A DNA stretch of 63,464 nt, counting the filler, from Folioceros fuciformis (Eukaryota): NCBI GenBank assembly GCA_049999805.1. It is 9 parts of 9 records of this genome, joined end to end, with 100 filler letters (N's around TTAATTAATTAA, not from the genome) between each part and the next. Parts side by side here need not be neighbours in the genome. Positions count along the whole stretch, not along the records: positions 28,532 to 42,607 come from JBNGIO010001086.1; positions 42,708 to 54,649 come from JBNGIO010001087.1; 7 more parts are not named here. The stretch is one strand, 5' to 3'. The translations under genes and the position numbers were made by a program. How positions within the stretch are numbered: the first letter of the stretch is position 1; each line of letters opens with the position of its first letter. Under the pieces are notes generated by a model. It was not told the DNA's origin and made no database searches. It worked only from the letters and a program-made list of their open reading frames with translations. Below, one piece after another: positions 37,149 through 48,372 of this stretch.

Positions 37149-37875
37149 TCAATAGTAATCCGTAGTTTTCTGGGCCACCTCGGCCTGCATGTTTTCCCTC
37201 CAACACGGAAGCAGTGAGTCCGTGGTGAGGCATAGCACATGTATCCTAGTGTCACAAGCAGCTGCAAGGGCAGGCTACCCACCTCAAAAGCCCGTTTCAG
37301 GTGCTCAAGCTCCAATTCCAAGTCATTAACAGCCTGGGTATAAGACTGCATAGGAGAAGACTGGCTGGTTGTTTGAATCTACAGGCAAAACCGAGTCGAG
37401 AACAGCGCATTAGACCACCGTCGACACCACAAATTCCTCTCCAAACTGTAAAGCCATAATATCAGGGACACCACCTTCACCACAATTTTGTACTGCAAAG
37501 GATGGGGAAGCTTGTAGCCAGCAAACAGCACGTTGGGGTCCCTGTGCAATTGCCTGCCCACCAAATAGAAATACGTCAGCTCCGAAATCGTAAGACCTAA
37601 ATCGGAGAAACGCCGGCAAACGCTTACATGCGGACAACGTTGCTGATGGTATGATCCTCCCTCTGAATCGTGAAGGTGGCCGAGTTTATAATTTTCATGT
37701 CCCTTTCATAATTCACCCTGCCGACACAAGCCTCAGACGGAATAAGTCCAAATTCGCAACCTATAGTACCTGGGACACAACAAGGCAACAAGCCAGTTCA
37801 GCAGCCTCTGGCGTCTACCCACTTTTTCATGCCCTCGGGCACCACAAACCGCTCAGATCTATCCGGAGCATTCAT
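37149..37875 (-). CDS. NRPB11: RNA polymerase II/IV/V subunit 11, 5 exons (37875-37823, 37717-37628, 37553-37475, 37378-37283, 37184-37149), 117 aa
   Basis: Spliced translation [94 protein letters not shown]...; all introns GT-AG, 354 nt. Confidence 0.95.
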
Positions 37876-38198
37876 TTTCCTGGCTCGTTCGACTCAGGCC
37901 AGCCTGAAGCTCGCAATCGACGACAGGACGGACTTCTTTTAATTCCTTCCCGCCTTCAACAACGGGACTGCTTTCGCGTGTCCCTTCCCGCGCCCGCCTG
38001 TTGTGTTAGGGTGCATGAACCGTAAGGCCGTAAATATTTATTCATCAGCCTTTTAACATTCCAGTTGGCCTCATACCGAAGTGCAGTACCTACCAGATCG
38101 AGTGAGGACATATACAAACTGAAACCGGGGAGTTGCAGGATACAAATACATACAAATATTACAACAACACAACATTTCACGATATTTGAATGATTCGG

Positions 38199-40248
38199 TC
38201 ACAGTCCGTGAATAGCCTTGAGGCGATCTACTGCTTGCCTTACTGTGACGCTAGGCTCATCAAACAGGATGGCTGGGTTGTCGTACTTGGAGGACATGCT
38301 TTTATCCCCCAAAAAGGCCCGAAAGGTCTCGACCACGCTGTTGGAAAGTGATGTCAAGTTGTAGCCACCCTCTAGGAAGAAGATACATCGGCCATGGCAA
38401 AGCTGCTGAGCAAGCATCTTGATGTCCTTGGCCAGGTTGTAATACGTTCTCGTGGTAAACTGCAACCCTGCCAGAGGGTCCAGCACGTGTGCATCGTACC
38501 TGCAACGGTACGTTTTAGGACAATATGGACATTTACTTCGCTCACGAGCTTGGGGACGGAAACAGTGAATGGAGGAGGTACCCCGCAGAAACGAGTATGA
38601 TGTCAGGCTTGAACCTCTCAGCAGCTGGCAGGATGACTTCATTGAATGTAATTTGGATGGACTCATCACCCGCACCTCCGGGCAAGGGTAAGTTCAGTGT
38701 GGTTCCTTCGCCTTCCTTTTCTCCTATGCCTTCCATTCTGCCTGTTCCAGGATATACACCAGCCTGTGCTGGAGCAATGATCCGATAATAACCCGATGAT
38801 CAATACAACATCCGGCTTCAAATCGTACTGTTAGAAAACAGTGAAACAGATCACGAAAAGGAGGGGAAATTGCCTGATGAGTTGACAGAAAGAAAACGTC
38901 CGGGTCGGCATAGAACATGTCGTTGGTGCCATTGCCATGGTGGACATCGAAGTCGATAATAAAGACACGCTGCAGACCATGCACATGCTGGGCATATCTT
39001 GCGGCAATTGCTATGTTACCAAAGACACAGAACCCCATAGGTCCATCGGGTATGGCATGGTGTCCAGGTGGTCGCACCAACGCAAACCCCACTGGTGGAT
39101 TCGGCGTTTGTTTGGATGCTGCCACCTGCACACGATTGTGACATAGACAGCTGAGTTTGCAGCCTCCTCACCAGCTAATGAAACACAATCGAGCGGATCT
39201 TCATGGGAAAGTGCACACCACCGAGTCGATCAAACCAAAGCCCGCACCTGCTGCCAACATCGAGTCCTGGTAAGTCTGTTACCACACGATACACACAAAG
39301 CTTACTCTCTGCATTATTCTCACATCACACAGCTGTGGAGCAATGGACGAACCAGCTTACAGTGCATGTAGCATAAGTTGGGGCAGATTCCATGACGATA
39401 AGTCCCTCTTCCGCTGCCTTATCCATGGCCTGGAGTACAGCCGCAGTTCAAGCATGCTCACCAGCCGCAACAACAAACTGATTTTCGAAATGCTAAGCTA
39501 ACTGCTACCCTTCTTACCCTTTCAAGGCCCTTCACATACTTCAAAGAATGTACCCTTGCAATATCTTCCTGTGACGCAGGTGCAAAGTTGTCAATCCTTA
39601 TGATCTCGCTACCTCGAGTCTGTACACAGCAGCAGCAAGCTTATCATAACAGTTTCGAGCAACCCGATCCAGAGGCTGCCGCTCCACATCAGCAGATCCA
39701 CCAAGCATTCCGCATCACCTCAGGAGTCAGTCCAGCGGTCTGTAGTCCTTTCAAAATGGCTGGCACCCTTTCGCTGCACTCAGGATGCCCCTCCTGCACA
39801 GATGCCGTCTCAAGTCAGGTCTGTCATCTGCAATTCTATCCAATTTGTCACCAGCATCCGGCCGGAACCTGAACAAGACTCCAGACGAAAACGCTGGCCA
39901 ACAAAAGCAGGCGAGTAACCTGATTGTGTCCCGTGGCCGGAGCAGCACAATACAGTACCCGAGCTTCCAGAACCTTCGGCAACGGTACCAGTAACTGCGG
40001 CACTTTGAAAGCAGATACATGCGAATCCCGGCTGCCCTCAAGGCTCCTGGGACTCGAGGACGGAGACCACCGAGTCCACGGCTGCTTGAAGCCAGTTGAC
40101 ATCTGCAAAAAGCGTGCTGGACCAGGTGCATACCCTTGTGAGAAAAATCGGATAGGAGGACTAGAGACAAGCGTTTCTGGGCACCGTGCTCACCAGGACG
40201 AGGGAGGTGAAGGGCCGTAGGCGCGCCGAGCCGCCAAATGCTTCCCAT
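38199..40248 (-). CDS. HDA14: Histone deacetylase 14-like (RPD3/HDA1 class II, organellar lysine deacetylase), multi-exon
   Basis: [95 protein letters not shown] 40248 joins in frame via a putative intron 40193-40117; the 5' end is less certain. Confidence 0.92.
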
Positions 40249-40902
40249 GGTGCTGACTGGCGATTCTCGCAGCCCTTTACTGTGCTGAGCTCATCGATGC
40301 TGTAGGGGCAGGGCAGGGAGGTGAGAAACTTTGAAACGAACCCTAGTCACTTGGACTTCCTGGCGATGGCATCCTGTTTCTCCTGCATGTGGGCTGATCG
40401 AAGACCTACATCACAGGTGGCAACCTCCTTTCTCCAGGTCGCTATCTTCCTTCTTCCAACATAGCCTTTTTTCGTTTCCTTGAAACACAATGCAATGCAA
40501 TGCAAGCCGCACCAATTGATCGCGTAAATTGGTGTGCCATAAAATTACAATATTGTGTTATCGTGAGACCTCAAGGCGTGGCGTTTGCCCTCGCTCACCC
40601 GAGCTTGTACGTTGTGTGAATGAAACTCTATTCACGTGCTCTGCCAGGCATTTGTTGGTGTAACGAGCGAGAGCACACCTAAAGAGGATTGATGAAGACA
40701 GGACATGGGGTTGGTTTCCTGCATGCAAGGTTCCGGAGGAAGGCCATGGTATGCAAGCAACGATGGGCATGAGTAGACCAAGCTTGGTTCGGGAGTCATT
40801 GCATGCCCGTTACAATTGACAAATAAAAGTTTATAGCGCGGTTTGTTTCAAGAGTGTTGGATCTCAGCCTACGATATGAATCCAGAGGAACTACGGCTAG
40901 TG

Positions 40903-42607
40903 TCAAAGGGGGTTAAGGCATCCAGCGGTGCGGAGCAGTACTCTTCTTATCTCGTCTTCTCCGACTTCGACCTCTTTCAGTTGCTGGAACATGGCAACAG
41001 TGCACCCAACATGAGCGCTGACAAACGTGAGGTGAGGAATTGAAGAGACGCTACGTGAAGGAAAGCATTTTTTAATTGTGAATACCTCTGCGCGAAAGAC
41101 GTCCAATGCGAAGCCGTTGAAGCAGCTGATCACGGCTTGTTGCACATCCAGTCCCAGGCCATCCAGAGCTCTCATGGTCGACAGCAGAAGTCCCGGCCGT
41201 CGTGCGCAGAACATGTGGATGTTCAAGGTTCTGCCTTCTCTTATTACCACTTGCACCTGTCAAGCCCCAGCCCCAGAAAGCAAGCTCGAGGCTTGAGCAC
41301 AGCATGCAAGAAGATCCAAGGCACAAGAGTCAGTGAACAAGCCAAGAGGACACTGTACCCTGGCGGCTTGGGAGTCGGGACTCGGAAGAGGCGTCGGGAA
41401 CTCCTCCTTCACTCGGCAGCCTAGGTTGGAGGACGACGGTAGCAAGCCTGAGGGACTAGGAGGCAGCTGCCTCTCCGGCGGGTTCTCCAGCTCCTGATGC
41501 AAGTCACTGATCTGCTGCAACAGGCTTCTCAGGTGCTCGATTGCATCACCCAGTATGGATGCCCGGTCCATCTGCAGTGTAGAATGTATCATGTAAGCAG
41601 ACCTTGAATCCAAAGTGAAGGACTTCAGGAAAAGAGTGGAAGCAAACCGACCTTTGTAATATTCGGCACAACAGAGCGGAGGGTGTAGAGCCGCTCGTTG
41701 AGCTTCTTCCTACGCCTCCTCTCCGCCATCAGGTTCTTGGCCGGCAAGCCCTTTTTGCCCTTGCCTTTCTCTCCTGCCACTCCGCTGCTCATCAAGCCCT
41801 GGCAAGCTCCATCCAAGCCTAGCATTTCGTCGGACGCAGTTTCGTAGAGCAGAACGGACCCATCTCCGCTCTCATCCAGATCGTCCTCGTCCTTGAAGTC
41901 GTCACCGGGATCTCCCGCCATCCCGAAGTCGTCCAGGAGGGAGTCATGCAGCCTGGGAGCCGGCGCCTGCGCCTTCCTCTTGTTGTGGCTCACGTTGGGG
42001 CTGGCCTGGTCCGTCATGTCGACCACAGAAGAATCGCAGGGGGAGGCGTTCGCCGTGAGCAGCCTGGGCCCCGATTTCACACTGGGAGAGCTGGATCCGG
42101 CAGCGAGCTTGGCCGCTCTCTTCTGAAACAGTGTCTGTGGAGGTCCGACTCCCAGCGGCCTGAGCTGGTGATGCTGCTGCAACTTGTCAGAGCTTCCTCC
42201 CCCTCCTCCTCCCAGAAGCATCGCCGACGTTACCACACCGTCCTTAGCTCCGAAGCTGCGCATCAGGGAATTGGCAAAGGGATCACCATATCCTCCACCA
42301 TTGCCGCTGAGCGGAGTCCCAAAGCCACCGAAGCCGCCGCCGCCTCCTCCCAAGCCATTAGCGAGCATGTTCCCGATGCCGCCATTCATGCTCCCGCCAT
42401 AGCTGTCCCCGCTCAGTCCTCCCAGCGGGCTCCGGGGGCTCAGATTGCTCATCCCGACATTGTGCACCCGCCCGGGGCTCAGGCCGTTCCCCGCCGTCGC
42501 ACACATCAAATTCCCTCCCGCCATGCCGAACCCCGACAGGACTCCCACATGACTCTGCCCGACCTGCACGCCGTCCTGCAGATCCGCCAGCACGTCCAAT
42601 TGGCTTC
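40903..42607 (-). CDS. ICE1: ICE1/SCREAM-type bHLH transcription factor, 5' end lost in gap; exons >42607-41652, 41571-41359, 41256-41086, 40983-40903
   Basis: TLFQKRAA motif, [47 protein letters not shown]-like domain [50 protein letters not shown] introns in frame. Confidence 0.93.
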
Positions 42608-43053
42608 NNNNNNNNNNNNNNNNNNNNNNNNNNNNNNNNNNNNNNNNNNNNTTAATTAATTAANNNNNNNNNNNNNNNNNNNNNNNNNNNNNNNNNNNNN
42701 NNNNNNNGCCTTGAAACATCTGGATCCAAGTGTTGCGAGTGGCCATACACTGGCCAAGGATGTGGTGACAAGTTTCTTCTGAAGACCTGCATTTCCGACA
42801 AAAAGGATCCTCTGCAATGTTGAATCTCTATTAAGGCACATCTAGGACATGCCAAAGGGGAAGGAGACTCTCTCTCCTTTTTTTTTATACTACACACCCT
42901 CCCCTTGGTGCCTACATGAAATGAACCCCACAGCTTCTGAAGTGAACATTTTGCTAGAAAGAAGAAAAAATGGCACACCCAATAACTAGTCAAGTGTTGC
43001 TGCACTCTCAACCATTGCACAAAACATAAAAGTTATTTCTTAGCAATCGCCCT

Positions 43054-43111
43054 TTTCATTTCACAGCTGCACAAAGGTCATATTTCATTTCACAGCTGCA
43101 CAAAGGTCATA
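43054..43111 (+). repeat. 29-bp perfect tandem duplication
   Basis: TTTCATTTCACAGCTGCACAAAGGTCATA occurs twice back to back. Confidence 0.9.
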
Positions 43112-44302
43112 TCATAGTTGCTAGGCCTAAGACTACTAGACAAGCATAGGCATGGACAAGGTATTGGATATGTTCTTAGGCTTTAGCTTGCAATCCTGCT
43201 TCTGCTACCGCTATGTTAGTTTATGGTGGGTTCTTAGGGTATTCTACCTTGTGCCTACCTAGCCTTTAGCCCATTTTTGAGTTGTAGGTCGGGCAAAAAC
43301 GCATCACCGTTCAAGAGTTTAGGGAGCACCCTACCTACCTGTTGCTCGAACCGAGGCTGCCCACTACACTCTCATCAAAGATATGAAATCGGCCACCCGC
43401 CCACCTTCATCTTGAAATGAGTTGCATGCTACATCGCGGCCAATTTCACCATCTGTAATGAGAACAAAGTAGGCTCATGCTCCCCTTGCCGAATTGAATT
43501 GCATGCCTGGTGTTGATGTAAGGGCCAGCATGGCCACTTGCAATTCGAAACGGGCCGGTCTGGGCTGCGTGGCCAATCTCTACATTAGCCCTGCAAATTT
43601 GAAACCGGCATCGTAGGCGTTGTCGTGAGGCCATTGCATTTTCCTTGGCCCAAGCTCTCTCACCTTGAAGGCTGGCCTCTCAATTGGACAAGCCTTATCT
43701 CAATGAAGTATGGTGCAACACTTAGTAGCAAGGTGGTAGATGGGAGGGGTCTCAAACGAAGGCAAAAAGGCCACAGCTTTTCCCAAGGCTTTGGGCTCCA
43801 CGGCTTCCTCCAAGTCCTTGGCTCTAGGGTCGGGGATACATTCTCCTTATTATCGATCGTAGTTGATTTGTGGCTACAAAAGACAGTTGACAAAAGACAA
43901 GTGGGAGTATCGCAATGTGTCTGAAGCTTTCTCCACTTCTTTCATTCCAAACAATATGCAGGGTGGTGCTCATCATAAGCACGGGTTGTTATCCATGGCG
44001 CCTTATGGCCCTCATCCAGCCATGAAAGATTCAAACTCATTCAAACACACATAGCGCTCTCCTCACAATCTCCCTACAGCGAACATTCCTACACAAGATC
44101 AGGGGCACATCCTCGCTCTCCCAAGATTGCCTCTCCCGATTGCTACCTCTCTACTCCTCATTCCACAAGTAGCCCGCACTATAGATTTATTGCTTGCCAT
44201 GTCCACACAATGCACTCCTCCTTAATCCATGTCCTCAAGGCCTACATAGCTCCCCTACACCTCTAGTATAGGCACATCGGCATCAATGTCCAATGCAATC
44301 GG

Positions 44303-44394
44303 AAGGCATCCGACAAGTAGTCTTCATACTCCAACCCTACATGATATCGAAAGGCATCCGACAAGTAGTCTTCATACTCCAACCCTACATGATA
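44303..44394 (+). repeat. 48-bp tandem duplication
   Basis: AAGGCATCCGACAAGTAGTCTTCATACTCCAACCCTACATGATA at 44303 and 44351. Confidence 0.9.
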
Positions 44395-44877
44395 GGCCCT
44401 GTCCCTTATGTCCTCCAGCTCCTGCGGACACACATCAACCATGTTAGCAAGCTAGTCCACATTTGCCTCATACGCACGTACCCACACTACAGTCGGCTCA
44501 CCCCGGTCAACAATGTGATGCTATGTAGGTGTGGCTCCTCGGAGGCATTATTCCTTACAAACTATAGCCCCATGATCATGTACTTCTCACCATCATCCTT
44601 CTCATCCACTTCGTAGGCAAGTGGCCTGACCACCACCTTGAGTGTTCTGCAAAGCGGCGGCGCTAGCCTTGGTCTCCTCTCCTACATCTCAACGTCATTG
44701 TGTTCGTGATCGTGCCCAATAGTTGTGATCTTTTGAACTGCTCGCGCAAATAACATCCTTCGCTTGGCTATTAGTGACTTGGAGGCACAAGAGCTTCGTG
44801 AACCCATACAGAAGCAAAGGATTCATGGAGAGCTAGGCAAGATTTAGGCCTAGGCCTTGTCTCAACCCTAAAACCTA

Positions 44878-45710
44878 TGCACAACGAAGGCATCATTGAA
44901 CCCAATTGCCTCCTCTAGGCTTGTGCAAGCATTGGTGTTAGGGCATTGGAGAAGAGGAAGCAACTTCTTGCGTGATTGAGAGAATGAGGACACTAGGATT
45001 TGGTACACATGTGAGCAAGTGGGGCAGTTTGGAAGATGCTAAAAGGGTGTTTAATGAACTTCCTTATAGAGATGTGGTGACGCGGAATGCCATGATAGCT
45101 AAATATTCCTAGTAGTCTATGGCGCAGAAATTCCTTCATACGTATGGAGCGATGGAAGAAGAAGGAGTTGTTGCACTCAATTTCTATGACATTTGTGTGT
45201 TTGCTGCCGACGTGTGCTAGTATGGGCTTACCAAGTCTAGAGAAAGAAAGGGGAACAATTAACTTCATGCACAAATTTGTGAAAATGTGCATCATGCACA
45301 TGTATACAAAGTATGGTAGTCTAGAGGATGCTTACAAAGTGTTTGGAGAACTTGGTCAAAAGGATGTCATTACAAGGAATGCATTGATCATATGATGTGC
45401 CCAACAAAGTACAGTTCAAGAAGCATGTTGTCTCTATGCTACCAAGCAAGAAGAGGGCATCACTATACCCAATCCATTGACCTTCGCCTGTATGCTATAG
45501 GCATGTGCAAGTATAGGTGCTTCTGCTTTGGGCAAGGGGAAGTATCTTCATAAGCAAATCAATGCATAAGGACACCACGTTGATGTGGTTGTAGCAAATA
45601 GTTCAATGAAAATGTAGGCAAAGTGTGGCAGTTGGGAAGATGTTGAAAAAGTGTTTGAAGGAGTTGTTTCAAAACATATGGTGACATCAAATGGCACGTT
45701 AGCTTTGTAT
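44878..45710 (+). pseudogene. PLS-class PPR pseudogene fragment, same subfamily as 14906-19000
   Basis: Stop- and frameshift-riddled triplets: ACASIGVRALEK, CASMGLPSLEK, MYTKYGSLEDAYKVFGELGQKDV, ACASIGASALGKGKYLHKQI, AKCGSWEDVEKVFEG. Confidence 0.85.
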
Positions 45711-47088
45711 TGCCTAAGGAGTGGGAGAGGGCGGGAGAATAGGATGGAGAAGAGGAGGGAGCTCCGTATGCATATTAGGGAACCAAAACACTATGAAGAT
45801 GAAGACCAAACATCTTATTTGAGTCTCTCTTTCGTTTTTCTGTTCGAAAATAATATTTTTTTGAATATGTATAGCAGAGTTTATATCTAAGATTTTTATT
45901 TTAGAGAAGAGAAAAAAAGAAATATTCCCCAACTGCCAACCGTACTCCGAAGCACAACGTAGTGAGTGAGGAGAGTGGGTTGATTTGAAGGAGGTGGACC
46001 CCCGTTGAAAAGCATTGGACTATTTACCCATGGAAATTTCATTGGCCCAGTCCGGCCTGGCCCGCACGTGTGTGAAGGGGGTGAAACTGTGAAAACGGGG
46101 CAGGCGGGGGGCCCGCCTGTCGGCAGTGGCACGAAGATGTGGGTCCTGTCGTCTTTGGCTGAAGAATCGGCTTTTACTGCTTTCTTCAATCGAGGACCTC
46201 CATCATCATATCATCATCGAGGAGCAGAGCGTGTGTGATAGCGACGCGACGGGACTGGAGCCGGGGCGTGACGGCCACTCTGATCGAGCCAGCCAGTTTC
46301 ACGACTGGGCGGGCAACCGGGTTCATGTGAGACCCACCTCCCTCCTGCCTGACGGACGGCCTGCAGCTGCACTGCACTGGACGCATTCGAATGTTTGAGC
46401 TTCATCCGATTTCACCTTCTTTTCACCTTGTTTCACCCTTCTTTCACCTTTGTTGTGCTAGGCATGCTGCTAGCAGCTCAGCCCAGCTCTCAGCTAGAGC
46501 TGGAGCCTGAGCGTAAGCTGAGGAATGATTAGATGAAGGAAGGTGAGCGTACGTAGACGAGAGAATCCAGTGTTGTGTTGCTACTGGCGGACTGGACTGG
46601 ATTATCGCGTTTGAAGTGGGAAGGCGGGAGATGGCGTTCGTGGGACAGTGCATTGCAGTGCAATGCACGTGTTGTGTTTAGTGGTGTGAATGGGCAAACG
46701 GCCGGGGCCAGGGCCAGGGCGCGGCTTCCAGCTCCATCCTCGGGCCAGGCATCGGACTTTTGCACGGTTTCGAAGCTGCTGACGATTCAGGAGCCTTCAT
46801 GACGAGGCGGCATTGTTGTGGAGGTGCAGATGACGGAGCGATGGAAGCTGCGGGTGAGGCAGACGTGGTTCTCGGCGGCGCAGGAGAGGAGGAGCAGGAG
46901 GAAAGGGAGGTGGAGGCCATGGCTATCGGAAACTCGTGGTAGCGGGAGTCAGGGAGGGAGAGGAGAGCGAGAGGCGAAAGGAAACTCTTGGTAGGAGAGG
47001 TGAGGGAGGTGGTGGAGCGGGAAACGGCGATGGGAAACTCTTGGTAGCAGGAATCGGGGAGGAAGGAGGGCGAGAGAGAGGCGAGGTG

Positions 47089-48372
47089 ATGGGGAACTGC
47101 TGCTTTGCGAGCAGCAGAGTGGAGAGCCCGTCCATACGAGTGCAGCGCCTCCCGGCCGGGAGCGTCCGGGAGAAGGACAAGGGGAGGGACAAGGGCAAGG
47201 GCTTGGCAACGACATCCTTCTCTGGGGATGATTTGAGCTCCACCTACTCCCTCTGCTCCAACCTGAGGATCTTCTCGTTCAAGGACCTGAAGACGGCAAC
47301 TGACAACTTCCCCGGCGAGGGGGATGGCGATGGCGGAGTCGGAGGAGTGTTCAAGGGCTGGATCCAGGAACACGGCACCTCGCCCGCGGAGCCGGGGCGT
47401 GGGATCCCGGTTCTAGTCAAGTTCCTCAAGGCCGAGGGATTGCAGCCGGTGCGGGAGTGGATGGCGGAGGTGCAGTTTCTCGGGAGCTTGGACCACAGAA
47501 ACCTCGTCAAGCTCTACGGCTACTGTTGCGAGCGCGGGAATCGGCTTCTGGTGTACGAGTACGTCTCGAACGGGAGCCTGGCGGAGCATCTCTTCTTCCC
47601 GGCGCAGGCGGGATGTGCTGCGGCTCTGGCATGGAACACCAGGATGGAGATAGCGCTCGGGGCCGCCCAGGGAATCGCGTACTTGCACACGCCCACGCCG
47701 GACCGGCGGGTGGTGATATACCGCGACTTCAAGACATCCAACGTGCTGCTGGACGGGGACTACACGGCCAAGCTCACGGACTTCGGGCTGGCAGACGAGA
47801 ACGCCGAGGGCGATAGTAGCTTCGTCTCCACCCGGGTGATGGCCACGCACGGCTACGGGGCCCCGGAGTTCGTGATGAGCGGATACCTCGTGCCCAAGAG
47901 CAACGTGTACAGCTTCGGGGTGGTGTTGCTGGAGCTGCTCACAGGGAGGCGGGCGGTGGACAAAGGGCGACCGCCCGGAGAGCAGAATTTGGTGGAGTGG
48001 GCCAGGCCATTTCTCAGGAGCGAGAAGCAGAAGCTGCTGCAGATCGTGGATCCCAGGCTGGAGGGTAAGTTCAGTATGAAGGCGGCGTGGAAGGCTGGCA
48101 GGTTGGCTCACAGGTGTTTGAGCTTGGATCCCAGGCTGAGGCCGCCCATGGTGGATGTAGCGGATGCGCTGGAGGTGTTGCAGGATTTGAATGACATGGC
48201 TGCTGATGACCCCGGATACCATCGTTGGTCTGCCTTGACGCCTGTCGCACCTCACCACCGGAGTTGTCACTCGGGGCCGCAGTCGGTGGGCGGGGGCGGT
48301 TTCATGGTTGACGACGGCAGCATCTCTGAGTACCAGGCGCAGCTGCGAGCCATTTCGGAGTCTCACTTGTGA
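47089..48372 (+). CDS. Receptor-like cytoplasmic kinase subfamily VII (PBL-like), intronless, 427 aa
   Basis: First in-frame ATG gives MGNCC (myristoylation/S-acylation). NLRIFSFKDLKTATDNF, VFKGWIQEHG, VLVK, HRNLVKLYGYC, IYRDFKTSNVLLD, DFGLA, VSTRVM, EQNLVEWARP. Confidence 0.93.
   Translation: MGNCCFASSRVESPSIRVQRLPAGSVREKDKGRDKGKGLATTSFSGDDLSSTYSLCSNLRIFSFKDLKTATDNFPGEGDGDGGVGGVFKGWIQEHGTSPAEPGRGIPVLVKFLKAEGLQPVREWMAEVQFLGSLDHRNLVKLYGYCCERGNRLLVYEYVSNGSLAEHLFFPAQAGCAAALAWNTRMEIALGAAQGIAYLHTPTPDRRVVIYRDFKTSNVLLDGDYTAKLTDFGLADENAEGDSSFVSTRVMATHGYGAPEFVMSGYLVPKSNVYSFGVVLLELLTGRRAVDKGRPPGEQNLVEWARPFLRSEKQKLLQIVDPRLEGKFSMKAAWKAGRLAHRCLSLDPRLRPPMVDVADALEVLQDLNDMAADDPGYHRWSALTPVAPHHRSCHSGPQSVGGGGFMVDDGSISEYQAQLRAISESHL

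Noticed and set aside
37149..42607. NRPB11-HDA14-ICE1 co-oriented cluster as an operon-like system
   Set aside because: Unrelated functions and compartments; tight spacing is expected in compact plant gene islands.
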